Positions 39,118 through 48,991 of a stretch of 59,556 nt of DNA are shown here, piece by piece. Made by a program: the position numbers and the translations under genes. The notes beneath the pieces were generated by a model. The model was given only the letters and a program-made list of their open reading frames with translations, was not told the origin of the DNA and ran no database searches. Numbering within the stretch: the stretch's first letter is position 1; each line of letters opens with the position of its first letter. Source of the stretch: Crenarchaeota archaeon SCGC AAA471-B05 (GTDB lineage: Archaea; Thermoproteota; Thermoprotei; Gearchaeales; Gearchaeaceae); NCBI GenBank assembly GCA_000380705.1, contig AQYM01000033.1, positions 65,941-125,496 on the forward strand, read 5' to 3'.

Positions 39118-40436
39118 TATTTTAATATCCCTAAGCTTTTTAATTTATTAATTCTTTTATTTATTAAATATTCGCTCCCGATATCTTTCCTATAAAATAA
39201 CCTTCCTTTAACATACTTAATGCAATCGTAACATATTTTACTTGCCTCTACAATTTCTTCATTTATTCCAACTAATGCTAAACTTCTAGAACCTGTGGTA
39301 TATAATATACCGTTTTCTTCATTAACCGAAGCATAATATAACTTACAGCCTTTTTCTATAATTTTATCTTCTTCTATTTGAATTGGTTGATTCTTTAATG
39401 GTTTCGAAGGATATCCTTCAGGAACCAAATAAACACAAACTGAAGATAAATTTTCAAATTTTACATCATTAAATCCTAGATTTGAATCTATAATTTTTAA
39501 ACAAATTTCTAGAAAGTTAGTTTTTAGCAATGACAAAATATTCATAGCTTCAGGATCTCCAAACCTTACATTATATTCTACAATTTTCGGGCCTTCCTTC
39601 GTTATCATAAACTGACCATAAAGAATTCCTTTGTATTCTATTCCTTCTTCTTTTTTTAATGCTTCAAAAGTCCTCTTCATAATTTGGTAGGATTGCTCAT
39701 ACATTTCTTTAGTTATAAATGGTAACAAATGATCTTTTTGAGAAATTGATCCCATACCACCGGTATTTTCCCCCTTATCATCATCGTATGCCCTTTTATG
39801 GTCATGAACCAATGGCATAGGTATCAGTCTTTTACCATCTACGAAGCATTGCAACACAAATTCTTCTCCATCCATTCTTTCTTCAATTACTACTTTTTTA
39901 TGTTGTGGTAAGATTTTTGAACAATATTCCAAGGCTTCGGCATCATTAAAAATATGTTCGCCTAGGACTTTAACTCCTTTTCCTCCAGTTAATCCATTTG
40001 GTTTAATTACAAAATCCTTTATTTCAGTTATAGCATTTCTAGCTTCTTCAATGTTTGTGATAACTTTAAAATTAGGATAAGCATTGATATTATACTTTTT
40101 TAATAATTCTCGTGCATAAGATTTGCTTCCTTCTATCTTTGCTACATGTTTATGGGGAGAAACGCAAGGAATATTAAATTTTTCAAGCGCATCTGTTATG
40201 CCTGCTACAATAGGAGCTTCAGGACCACAGATAGCAAAATCAACCCTTTCTTGTAAAGCAAAATTTGTTATTTCTTCGAAATCCAGCAAGTTACCTATTT
40301 TATATTTTTTTGAAATACGTGTAATTCCAGGATTTTTAATGGACGAATAAGAATATATTTCTGCTCCACTTTTGAATAAAGCTAAAGCTATAGCATGTTC
40401 TCTTCCTCCATCTCCTATTACTAACGCCTTTATCAT
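39117..40436 (-). CDS. purD: Phosphoribosylamine-glycine ligase
   Basis: MIKALVIGDGGREHAIA N-terminus and an ATP-grasp core. I place the start at 40436, where the ATG overlaps the purF TGA (ATGA coupling), not at the listed 40463. Confidence 0.9.
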   Translation of the reverse strand: MIKALVIGDGGREHAIALALFKSGAEIYSYSSIKNPGITRISKKYKIGNLLDFEEITNFALQERVDFAICGPEAPIVAGITDALEKFNIPCVSPHKHVAKIEGSKSYARELLKKYNINAYPNFKVITNIEEARNAITEIKDFVIKPNGLTGGKGVKVLGEHIFNDAEALEYCSKILPQHKKVVIEERMDGEEFVLQCFVDGKRLIPMPLVHDHKRAYDDDKGENTGGMGSISQKDHLLPFITKEMYEQSYQIMKRTFEALKKEEGIEYKGILYGQFMITKEGPKIVEYNVRFGDPEAMNILSLLKTNFLEICLKIIDSNLGFNDVKFENLSSVCVYLVPEGYPSKPLKNQPIQIEEDKIIEKGCKLYYASVNEENGILYTTGSRSLALVGINEEIVEASKICYDCIKYVKGRLFYRKDIGSEYLINKRINKLKSLGILK

Positions 40437-41875
40437 ACGACTTGAGTAAGATCTACTTCCCAATATCTTTGTTGAATCCTCTTATTTTTTAGCATGTCGG
40501 CTAATTTCTGAGCTAGATTTGTAGGATATATCCCTGTTAAACAAGCCAAGCATAATTTACCTTCCATTCCTGTAGCTCTTATCAATCCTTCTATAGTTTG
40601 GTAACATAATTTATCTGCACCTATTTCCTTAGCTATTTCTTCAACTTTTTTATCCGCAGCTATTAATTCACCATGTATTGCTATATCTATTCCGTAAAAA
40701 CAGGGTGATATTATGGGAGGACATGTTATCCATACTTCTACTTTTTTAGCCCCTGCTTTTCTTAAAGTTTCAATGATGTTTTTTATTGTAGTCCCTCTTA
40801 CAATACTATCATCCACCAATAAAACTTTCTTTCCATTAATTATATTTTGTATAGGATTTAGTTTTAATTTTACAGTTTTTTCTCTTTCTTTTTGGGAAGG
40901 CATTATGAAAGTTCTTCCTATATATCTGTTTTTAATGAGACCTTCAACTACTGGAATTCCTGTTTCTCTAGATATTGCTTCAGCTGCTGGTCTTGAAGTA
41001 TCAGGTATAGGAACTATTATATCTGCGTCAGTTTTATAAGTTTTTGCTAACTCTTGACCAAGTTTATATCGTATTTCATAAACTGACATACCTTCGTAAA
41101 TACTATCAGGTCTACTAAAGTAAACAAGTTCAAACATGCAAAAGTGATGCTGGTTATTTTGAATAATAGTTTTTCTTTCGATTTTGTCGTTTTCTATAAT
41201 TATTAGTTCTCCAGGCTTAACTGTTTGGGTTTCGTTAAAATCGTTAATATCAGCTGCAACCGTTTCAGAAGCTAAAAGAACATCTTTGTTTTTATTAAAA
41301 GAAATGATCAGAGGCCTAAAACCTATAGGATCCCTAAATGCTATTAATTGACCTTGATTGGTAATCATAACTACTGAATATGCTCCTTCAACTTCTTCCA
41401 TTACTAAATTTATAGCTTTTTCAAAGTCTCTCTTTTCCTTTATTGCGTAGAATACTAAAGCTGTTAATAATTCACCATCGCCATTTCCTATAAATTTATA
41501 ACCCCATTCCTTAATTTTTTTCCTTAATTCCAACAAGTTTACTATATTTCCGTTAAAAGCTAAAGCTATTTCAAAATTTCCTTCCTTAATTAAGCATGGT
41601 TGAGCATCCTCTATTGTAGATTTACCAGTGGTTGAATATCTTACGTGACCTATACCCAATGGACTACTTAATTCTTTTAGAGTTTCTTCATTAAAATTTT
41701 GTGTAATTAAACCCATGAACTTTTTAACGTGTATATTTTCCTTAATTACGGTTGAAATTCCACATGATTCTTGTCCTCTATGTTGTAAAGCAAGAAGTGC
41801 TTTATATAATACGAAAGGAGCCTCATTAAATTCTTTTAAATATGTAGCAGCAATGCCGCAATTCTCTTTAATCAT
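40433..41875 (-). CDS. purF: Amidophosphoribosyltransferase
   Basis: N-terminal nucleophile Cys (ENCGIAA), the PRPP loop VLLVDDSIVRGTT, and C-terminal Cys residues consistent with an Fe-S type enzyme. Confidence 0.92.
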   Translation of the reverse strand: MIKENCGIAATYLKEFNEAPFVLYKALLALQHRGQESCGISTVIKENIHVKKFMGLITQNFNEETLKELSSPLGIGHVRYSTTGKSTIEDAQPCLIKEGNFEIALAFNGNIVNLLELRKKIKEWGYKFIGNGDGELLTALVFYAIKEKRDFEKAINLVMEEVEGAYSVVMITNQGQLIAFRDPIGFRPLIISFNKNKDVLLASETVAADINDFNETQTVKPGELIIIENDKIERKTIIQNNQHHFCMFELVYFSRPDSIYEGMSVYEIRYKLGQELAKTYKTDADIIVPIPDTSRPAAEAISRETGIPVVEGLIKNRYIGRTFIMPSQKEREKTVKLKLNPIQNIINGKKVLLVDDSIVRGTTIKNIIETLRKAGAKKVEVWITCPPIISPCFYGIDIAIHGELIAADKKVEEIAKEIGADKLCYQTIEGLIRATGMEGKLCLACLTGIYPTNLAQKLADMLKNKRIQQRYWEVDLTQVV

Positions 41876-41932
41876 AACTTTAAAAGTTTTATCTCAGCTA
41901 TTAATTTTTAATTGAAATCTAAGTTTTTCATT

Positions 41933-42994
41933 TTATATTAAAACAAGTTTTCTTCCCTTATATCTTACAAAAACGCCATATTCATCAATAACTTTACCGA
42001 TTATATGTGCTTTTATCTTATACTTTTCAGAAATACTAATAATATCATCTGCATAATCCTTTGGTGTTAATACACACATTCCTATACCACAGTTAAATGT
42101 TCTGTACATTTCTGTCGCTGAAATATCTCCTTCTTTCATAATAAGTTTAAATATAGGTGGCATAGGTGGCATGTTATCTAGCATAAATCCTAGGTTTTTG
42201 AATTTTGCCAATCTTAATAATTTCGTGAATGCTCCTCCCGTTATATGAGCTATACCATGTATTTCACATTTTTCCTTAGCTTCTAGAATAGGTTTAACGT
42301 ATATCCTTGTAGCTCTTAACAATTCTTCTCCTAATATACTTTCAAAACCTTCTATTTTTTCAGTTAAGCTGTATCTTTCTAAAAGTATTTTTCTTGCTAA
42401 TGTGTAACCATTGCTATGAATACCACTACTTTCCAATCCTACTATTACATCTCCCTTTTTAATCTTTGAACCATCTATTAAATCTTCTTTCTTCAAATAG
42501 CCAAAAGTTATTCCTACAAGGTCAAAACCATAATTAGCTCTAGCTCCTTTAATTATTTCGGGCATCATTGCAGTTTCTCCACCTATTACATATACGTTGC
42601 TTTCTTCAGCAGCCTTGCTTATACCTTTTGCTATTTCATTGATTAACTTTTTATTGTATTTTTCTATAACGAGATAATCCATAAATGCAACCGGTTTAGC
42701 ACCTATGCATATTATATCGTTTACTCCCATTGCTACACAATCATAACCTATGGTTTCATAATAGTTCATTTTTTGTGCCACCAGTATCTTTGTTCCTACA
42801 CCATCAACGTGGAATGCAAAATAATGATCACCAAACTCTAATACACCAGCATAATGTCCTATTTGTAAGACTGGTTTAAATTCAGCTTTCTTCGTTTCTT
42901 TTATATTATAGACTTTTTTAAAATGTTCATGAATTTTTCTTAAAGCTGATACGTCTACTCCAGCTTCTTTATAAGTCTTAGGGGTTTTTTTCAT
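41933..42994 (-). CDS. purM: Phosphoribosylformylglycinamidine cyclo-ligase (AIR synthase)
   Basis: YKEAGVDV start, DGVGTK, and the HITGGAF region. Confidence 0.9.
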   Translation of the reverse strand: MKKTPKTYKEAGVDVSALRKIHEHFKKVYNIKETKKAEFKPVLQIGHYAGVLEFGDHYFAFHVDGVGTKILVAQKMNYYETIGYDCVAMGVNDIICIGAKPVAFMDYLVIEKYNKKLINEIAKGISKAAEESNVYVIGGETAMMPEIIKGARANYGFDLVGITFGYLKKEDLIDGSKIKKGDVIVGLESSGIHSNGYTLARKILLERYSLTEKIEGFESILGEELLRATRIYVKPILEAKEKCEIHGIAHITGGAFTKLLRLAKFKNLGFMLDNMPPMPPIFKLIMKEGDISATEMYRTFNCGIGMCVLTPKDYADDIISISEKYKIKAHIIGKVIDEYGVFVRYKGRKLVLI

Positions 42995-43128
42995 CCAATA
43001 ATATTAATATAAAAAGATAATAATAAGCGTATAGATCTAATCATTTTGATTTATAAAAATCATTAATGAGTGATTTTATATACTCTTCATTTTTTGATAA
43101 TAATAAAGTAAAATTATCAGATAGAGTT

Positions 43129-43962
43129 TTATAATTTTAATCCTGTTATTCTTTCGTAAGCATAGATATACCTTTGTTTAACTTCTTCTATTAACCATTC
43201 AGGTAAAGGTGGTGGTTGAGGTATAGGTAATCCTTTTTTCCTAGCCTCTTCTAAGACATTTCTATAACCTATCTTTGTTAACCAATCTCTCACAGGCTGT
43301 TTATCGTAACTCTCTTGAGGTTTTCCTTCCTCGTATTTATCTTTAGACCATAATCTAAATTCGTCTGGACCTATTGAATCGGCTAAAAGAATTCTTCCCT
43401 CCTCATCTTTTCCGAACTCAAACTTTATATCTGCAAGGATGAATCCTGCCTCATATGCTTTTTCGTACATTTTTTGGTATAATTCTATGCAAGTTTTTCT
43501 TAGGTATTCATATTCTTCTTCATTAAGCCATTTTCTCCTTAGTATCTCGTCTTTAGATATTGGAACATCCTTTTCTTCATATTTGGTAGTTGTTTCGAAG
43601 AATGGTTTTTTAAGTTTTTTTGCCAATATTGGTTCTTCTTCTATTATTATTTCCTTCTTTAATAACCTTTCATAAAAGGAGCCGTAAATATAGCCTCTGA
43701 CTATAAATTCCAGAGGGATCATATTTAACTTCTTCACATATAAAATGTTAGGTTCTTCATATTCTAACATATGGTTAGGGAATTTAAGGAAATTGAACCA
43801 AAAGACTGCGAATTTTAATAAAACTTTACCTTTAAGCGGAATAGTGGAAGGTAAAACTACGTCAAATGCTGAGACTCTATCTGTAAATAGAAAAGCCAAA
43901 GTCTTTTCGTCTATTTCATAGATATCCTTTACTTTACCCTTTTTGATTAGTTTTCCTTTCAT
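43129..43962 (-). CDS. purC: SAICAR synthetase
   Basis: GKVKDIYE, DRVSAFD and LADIKFEFG motifs. Confidence 0.9.
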   Translation of the reverse strand: MKGKLIKKGKVKDIYEIDEKTLAFLFTDRVSAFDVVLPSTIPLKGKVLLKFAVFWFNFLKFPNHMLEYEEPNILYVKKLNMIPLEFIVRGYIYGSFYERLLKKEIIIEEEPILAKKLKKPFFETTTKYEEKDVPISKDEILRRKWLNEEEYEYLRKTCIELYQKMYEKAYEAGFILADIKFEFGKDEEGRILLADSIGPDEFRLWSKDKYEEGKPQESYDKQPVRDWLTKIGYRNVLEEARKKGLPIPQPPPLPEWLIEEVKQRYIYAYERITGLKL

Positions 43963-44375
43963 ATTCTTATGATAACTAATAAGCTAATAAAATTTTACGA
44001 CAAACTAAAACCTAGCGATTTAAGTTTTAACGGTAAGTTTTTCTTGTTAGCAATTTAAATCTTCATTTATAAGTATATTTTTACCTGAAAATATGAAATC
44101 TTCTTTCTTGTATTAGTTTTTCTTAAACTATGCTTATAAACAACTAATTTATCATGAATCTTGCGTATAAAAATGGCAAAAACCCGGGTAAACCCGTGAT
44201 TTTTGATCCATTAAAAATGTAATATGACGTCATAATAAATTCGGATAAAATTAAAAAAATATATTTAAAAAAATTAAAATTAATGGGGGTACCCCTACCT
44301 TATTTTTTTGATTACATTTAAATGAATGACGTCTATAGAGTTAAATAAATTAAATCCGCTAACTTTAATATTGAT

Positions 44376-45902
44376 ATGAATACAACCAACATAAATAAGT
44401 TTGCTCTCTTTTCATTAACCAGAAAACATGAAATTATGCTTAAATTGGCGAATAAACTCGTAGAAAAGAATTATAAGATAATGTGTACCAAAGGAACATA
44501 CAATTATTTAATAACCAATGGTGTGAAAGCTTATTTGATAGAAGATATTTTAGGAATAAAATCTGAATACTTAAAGGGCAAAATAAAAACGATTAATCCT
44601 TTATTACATGCTATGATTTTGGCGGATAGAGAAAATATAGAAGAATTAAATGAGTTACAAAATCTAGGATTAATTGACTATGTTGTTGTAAATTTTTACG
44701 AATTAAATTTTTTAAATTTCGAAAATTTTTTATCATCTCTTGATATAGGTGGTAGAGCATTAATAAACTCTGCTGTAAAAAACTTCAAGTATGTAACTGT
44801 TGCAACTGATGAAGAAGACGCAGCTAATATAATTAAAGAGTTAGAAACATTAGGAACAACTTCTTATGAATTAAGAAAAAAATTAGCCATTAAAGCTATG
44901 GAATATTTGATAAATTACGAATCAAAATGTTATACATTTATGAATGAAGTTTTAGCTGATCGTTTTTCTTTTTTCCTACTATTAAATGAGGGGAAAAAGT
45001 TGAGATATGGAGAAAATCCTCATCAAAGGGCATACTTGTTCAAATATGAAACCGATCCTGAAATATTTGTAGAGAAGATATCAGGAGAAGAACTTTCGTA
45101 TAATAATTTACTAGATATCGATGCTTGTATTAAAATTTTAAGCGAATTTGAAGAAAAAACTTGTGTTATAGTTAAGCATACCAATCCTTGCGCTGTTTAT
45201 AGTAATGATAAAACTTCAAATGTTGAGTTATTTTTAAAAACCTATGAGGCTGGAAGCACTTCAGTTTATGGAGGAATTTTAGCTTTTAATTTTACGGTTG
45301 ATAAAGAATTAGCTAGCCTGATTTCAAATCATTTTTTTGACATAATAATAGCTAAAGATTATGAAGATTCTTCATTAGAAATATTAAAAAAGAAAAGGAA
45401 AACTAAAATTATACTTTGTAAGAACATAGGTAAGAGACTTAATAAAGCTTGGATTTTAAGAACAATTACCAACGGTATTCTTATCCAAGAGAGGGATTTA
45501 CATGAAATAACTTCTGATAGCTTAAAGATTGTTTCCAAAAGGATTCCAACGGAAAAAGAAATTTCAGATATGATATTTGCTTGGAAAGTAGTAAAACATG
45601 TCAATTCCAATGCTATAGTTGTTGCCAAGGATAAATTAACTTTAGGAATAGGTTGTGGTCAAACAAGCAGAATAGATGCAACCAAGATTGCTTTAAGTAA
45701 GGCAGGAATAAAAGCTAAGAATGCGGTTTTAGCATCAGACGGTTTCTTTCCTTTTAGGGATAGTATTGATTTAGCTGCCTCCTATGGGATTTCTGCAATA
45801 ATTGAACCTGGTGGATCGATAAGAGATAAAGAAGTAATAGAAGCTGCAAATGAACATGGCATATCGTTGGTATTTACCAATATTAGATGTTTTAAACATT
45901 AG
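44376..45902 (+). CDS. purH: Bifunctional AICAR transformylase / IMP cyclohydrolase
   Basis: N-terminal MGS-like domain (KTINPLLHAMILA, VVVNFYE) and C-terminal AICARFT domain (YGENPHQ, KHTNPC, SNAIVVAK, GQTSRIDA, SDGFFPF). Confidence 0.9.
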   Translation: MNTTNINKFALFSLTRKHEIMLKLANKLVEKNYKIMCTKGTYNYLITNGVKAYLIEDILGIKSEYLKGKIKTINPLLHAMILADRENIEELNELQNLGLIDYVVVNFYELNFLNFENFLSSLDIGGRALINSAVKNFKYVTVATDEEDAANIIKELETLGTTSYELRKKLAIKAMEYLINYESKCYTFMNEVLADRFSFFLLLNEGKKLRYGENPHQRAYLFKYETDPEIFVEKISGEELSYNNLLDIDACIKILSEFEEKTCVIVKHTNPCAVYSNDKTSNVELFLKTYEAGSTSVYGGILAFNFTVDKELASLISNHFFDIIIAKDYEDSSLEILKKKRKTKIILCKNIGKRLNKAWILRTITNGILIQERDLHEITSDSLKIVSKRIPTEKEISDMIFAWKVVKHVNSNAIVVAKDKLTLGIGCGQTSRIDATKIALSKAGIKAKNAVLASDGFFPFRDSIDLAASYGISAIIEPGGSIRDKEVIEAANEHGISLVFTNIRCFKH

Positions 45903-47282
45903 ATGAACAAGTTTAATAAATACGAGGATGTTCTTAATTGGTTGTACAGACTAAAAAGATTTGGAATGACGAAAGGAGTTGATAATTTAAAAATCTTAGC
46001 CGAAGAGTTTAAAAATATTCATGATGAATTAAAAGTTATTCTTGTTACAGGAAGTGGGGGAAAAGGTTCAACGGTTGCAATATTAAGCAAAATATTGGAA
46101 AAATCAAATTACAAGGTAGGAACATTTACTAAACCTCATTTGCATAGGTATACTGAACGAATATCCATAAATTCCCAAGAAATAAGTAGAGAAGACTTAA
46201 TTGAAATCGCAAATAGAATTTATAATAAGATAGAAGAGATAAGAACAAGAAGAGAGTATTATCCCACTTTTTTTGAGGTTACGAGCATGATATCTATATT
46301 ATACTTTTATGAAAGGAATGTTGATCTTTGTATATATGAAGTAGGCATAGGAGGTAGATATGATGCTACAAATATCTTGAATCCTCTCATATCATGTATT
46401 ACTAGAGTGTATTTAGAACATACAAATATTCTTGGTAATACTGTAGAAGATATTGCTTGGAATAAAGTTGGAATAGCTAGAGAAAATCGATTTTTAATCA
46501 CGGGTGAGAGTGATAATAGAGCATTAAGAATAATTAAAGATGAATGCTCAAAAATCGACTGTGAAGTTTTAACCGTTGGAAAGGAAAAAAATAAAGATAT
46601 AATTTATGAAACAGTTATTAGTAATTTAAACGAGAATAAATTCAATTATTTCGGTCTTCTTAATGAATATAATAATCTTGAATTAAACTTAAAGGGTGAT
46701 CATCAGCAACTTAACTGCTCTATTGCTATAGCTTGCTGTGAAATTCTTAAAATTTTAGGTTATAATATAAATGAGGGAGCTATAAGGGAAGCCTTAAAGG
46801 ACGTTAAATGGGCTGGAAGAATGGAAATTTTTAATTATGGAAATACTTCAATTATTTTGGATGCTGCCAAGGATCCATATGCTATGAATACTCTGGTGAA
46901 TTTTTTAATTAGAAATGGGCTTAAAGATGTTATAGTGGTTATAAGTATCTCTAGTGATAAAGATTATAAGAACATGTTATCAGAACTATTAAGATTATCC
47001 AATACCTTTATATTAAGTAAACATAAAGTAATGGAAAGAGCTATTCTTCCTGAAAAATTAAAAGAAGCTTTATTAGCTATGAAAAATGATACTAAAATCT
47101 ACGTTATAAATGATATAAAAGAAGCTGTTAAAAAAGCTTTGGAGATTTCGAATAAAGAAAAACCTATACTAGTTACAGGTTCTGTATTTACTGTTGCTGA
47201 AGCAAGAGAATTTTTGAAAAACGAAGAATCAGATTCAATAAATTTAGCCGATCCTCACACTTTAATAGATTCTTCTCCATGA
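45903..47282 (+). CDS. folC: Folylpolyglutamate synthase / dihydrofolate synthase
   Basis: P-loop VTGSGGKGST and the Mur-ligase-like layout. Starts 1 nt after the purH stop. Confidence 0.85.
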   Translation: MNKFNKYEDVLNWLYRLKRFGMTKGVDNLKILAEEFKNIHDELKVILVTGSGGKGSTVAILSKILEKSNYKVGTFTKPHLHRYTERISINSQEISREDLIEIANRIYNKIEEIRTRREYYPTFFEVTSMISILYFYERNVDLCIYEVGIGGRYDATNILNPLISCITRVYLEHTNILGNTVEDIAWNKVGIARENRFLITGESDNRALRIIKDECSKIDCEVLTVGKEKNKDIIYETVISNLNENKFNYFGLLNEYNNLELNLKGDHQQLNCSIAIACCEILKILGYNINEGAIREALKDVKWAGRMEIFNYGNTSIILDAAKDPYAMNTLVNFLIRNGLKDVIVVISISSDKDYKNMLSELLRLSNTFILSKHKVMERAILPEKLKEALLAMKNDTKIYVINDIKEAVKKALEISNKEKPILVTGSVFTVAEAREFLKNEESDSINLADPHTLIDSSP

Positions 47283-48397
47283 TGGCAAAATCTATTTCTT
47301 TGGAAATACTAAATAATAAAATATTTATAAAAGAAATTTCAGAAGATCTTAAGAATATATTTAAAATAGAAATAGAAGATTTAAGTCATGACGAATATGT
47401 TGTTTTAAAAGAGTATTTAAAGAACATTAATATAGAAATTAAAAGAAGTGTAAATAATAATTATGAAATTAATTTTATTTTCAATCAGAATGAAATAATT
47501 GATGATAAAAATCCTTTTATTAATAAAATTTTAGAAATCATAAATAAATATAAAAATTATTCTAGTCCTATAAAAATAAATAGTAAAATCCTTGATTTTA
47601 AAAAGACCTATATAATGGGAATACTTAATGTAACTCCGGATTCTTTTTACGATGGAGGAAGATTCTTTGAAAAGGAAAAAGCGGTTGCCCATGCTTTAAA
47701 AATGGTAAATGAAGGAGTAGATATAATCGATATAGGTGGGGAATCTACGAGACCTGGTTCTGATAGAATAAGCGAAGAAGAAGAAATTAAAAGAGTTATT
47801 CCTGTTATAAAAGAAATTAGGAAAAATAGTGATGTAATAATTTCAATCGATACTTATAAATCTAAGGTAGCTGAAGAAGCCTTATCTGCTGGTGCAGATA
47901 TAGTTAACGATATTAGCGGCTGTATAGCAGACGAAAAAATGCCGGATATTATAAAATCCTATGGAGTTCCAGTTATAGTAATGCATATTAGAGGAAATCC
48001 GAAGATAATGCAAAGAGATGTTCATTACAATGATGTAGTTAAAGATATAATAAGATCCTTGAGGAATAGAATTAATTACTTAAAATTACGAGGAATTAAT
48101 GAAGAAAAAATAATAATTGATCCTGGTATTGGTTTTGGTAAAACTGTAGATGATAATATAAGAATAATAAAAAGACTAAAAGAATTCAGATGTCTCGGAA
48201 GACCTATCCTTATTGGCCCTTCTAGAAAATCTTTTATAGGAAAAATATTAGATCTTCCTCCTGAGGAAAGACTTGAAGGTACTTTAGCTGTATTAGCTTT
48301 ATGCATAATTAATGGGGCAAATATAATTAGAGTTCATGATGTAAAAGAAGCTGTCAGAGTAGCTAAAATTATCGATTATATTAAATTCTTAACCTAG
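47279..48397 (+). CDS. folP: Dihydropteroate synthase with an approximately 105-aa N-terminal extension
   Basis: The DHPS barrel begins near aa 108 (IMGILNVTPDSFYDGG; DIGGESTRPG; IVNDISG; PGIGFGK). The preceding segment has no recognisable motif. Confidence 0.85.
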   Translation: MMAKSISLEILNNKIFIKEISEDLKNIFKIEIEDLSHDEYVVLKEYLKNINIEIKRSVNNNYEINFIFNQNEIIDDKNPFINKILEIINKYKNYSSPIKINSKILDFKKTYIMGILNVTPDSFYDGGRFFEKEKAVAHALKMVNEGVDIIDIGGESTRPGSDRISEEEEIKRVIPVIKEIRKNSDVIISIDTYKSKVAEEALSAGADIVNDISGCIADEKMPDIIKSYGVPVIVMHIRGNPKIMQRDVHYNDVVKDIIRSLRNRINYLKLRGINEEKIIIDPGIGFGKTVDDNIRIIKRLKEFRCLGRPILIGPSRKSFIGKILDLPPEERLEGTLAVLALCIINGANIIRVHDVKEAVRVAKIIDYIKFLT

Positions 48398-48415
48398 TTT
48401 TTATTAGAAGAAACT

Positions 48416-48958
48416 TTAATATATTATTCTTTTATTCGATACAATTAAATCGAGTTTTAAATCTTTCTTAGGAAGCTCGTTTATTATTTGAAAATCATAT
48501 GCAACTCCTACTTTTATCGCTGATAAATTTCTGCAAAAATTATCATAATACCCATAACCATATCCTAGCCTATAACATTTCATATCAAATATTACACCTG
48601 GAACAAGTATTAGATCCAATTCTTGAGGAGGTAATATTTCTTCTTTTATTGGTATAGGTATTCCGTATTCTGCAGGTTTGACTTCCTCTAATTTCTTCAA
48701 CTTTATTGGTATAATATTTCTATTAATTATATCACATTTGGGTAAAGCGAAGATTTTTTCTGCAATATATTTTTTAATCAAAGGCAAAATATTTACTTCA
48801 TTTTTTATTGGGTAATAACCCATTATCTTCTTGGCTCTTTTAAATACTTCAAGATTCTCGATATTTTTACATATAACTTCACTTAAAGCGTAAACTTCTT
48901 CTTCTTTCATTCTCATCCTTTTTTCAAGAAATTCTCTTCTTAACTCTTGAATTTCCAT
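48416..48958 (-). CDS. 5-formyltetrahydrofolate cyclo-ligase
   Basis: C-terminal RLGYGYGYYD motif (compare G.GGGYYDR). 180 aa. Confidence 0.8.
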   Translation of the reverse strand: MEIQELRREFLEKRMRMKEEEVYALSEVICKNIENLEVFKRAKKIMGYYPIKNEVNILPLIKKYIAEKIFALPKCDIINRNIIPIKLKKLEEVKPAEYGIPIPIKEEILPPQELDLILVPGVIFDMKCYRLGYGYGYYDNFCRNLSAIKVGVAYDFQIINELPKKDLKLDLIVSNKRIIY

Positions 48959-48991
48959 AACTAAATATTACAAAAATAAATAATTTTAATT

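Noticed and set aside
44154-44222. 22-codon ORF MNLAYKNGKNPGKPVIFDPLKM in the purC/purH spacer, with a TATA-like cttataaa upstream
   Set aside because: There is no way to separate it from chance without conservation or ribosome data. It is noted only as one possible reading of the GC-rich patch.
44178-44295. CCCGGG, GACGTC and GGTACC close together, which resembles a cloning polylinker or vector contamination
   Set aside because: The sites are embedded in native AT-rich spacer between intact, co-oriented host operons. No vector-like sequence is present and the spacing is not polylinker-like.
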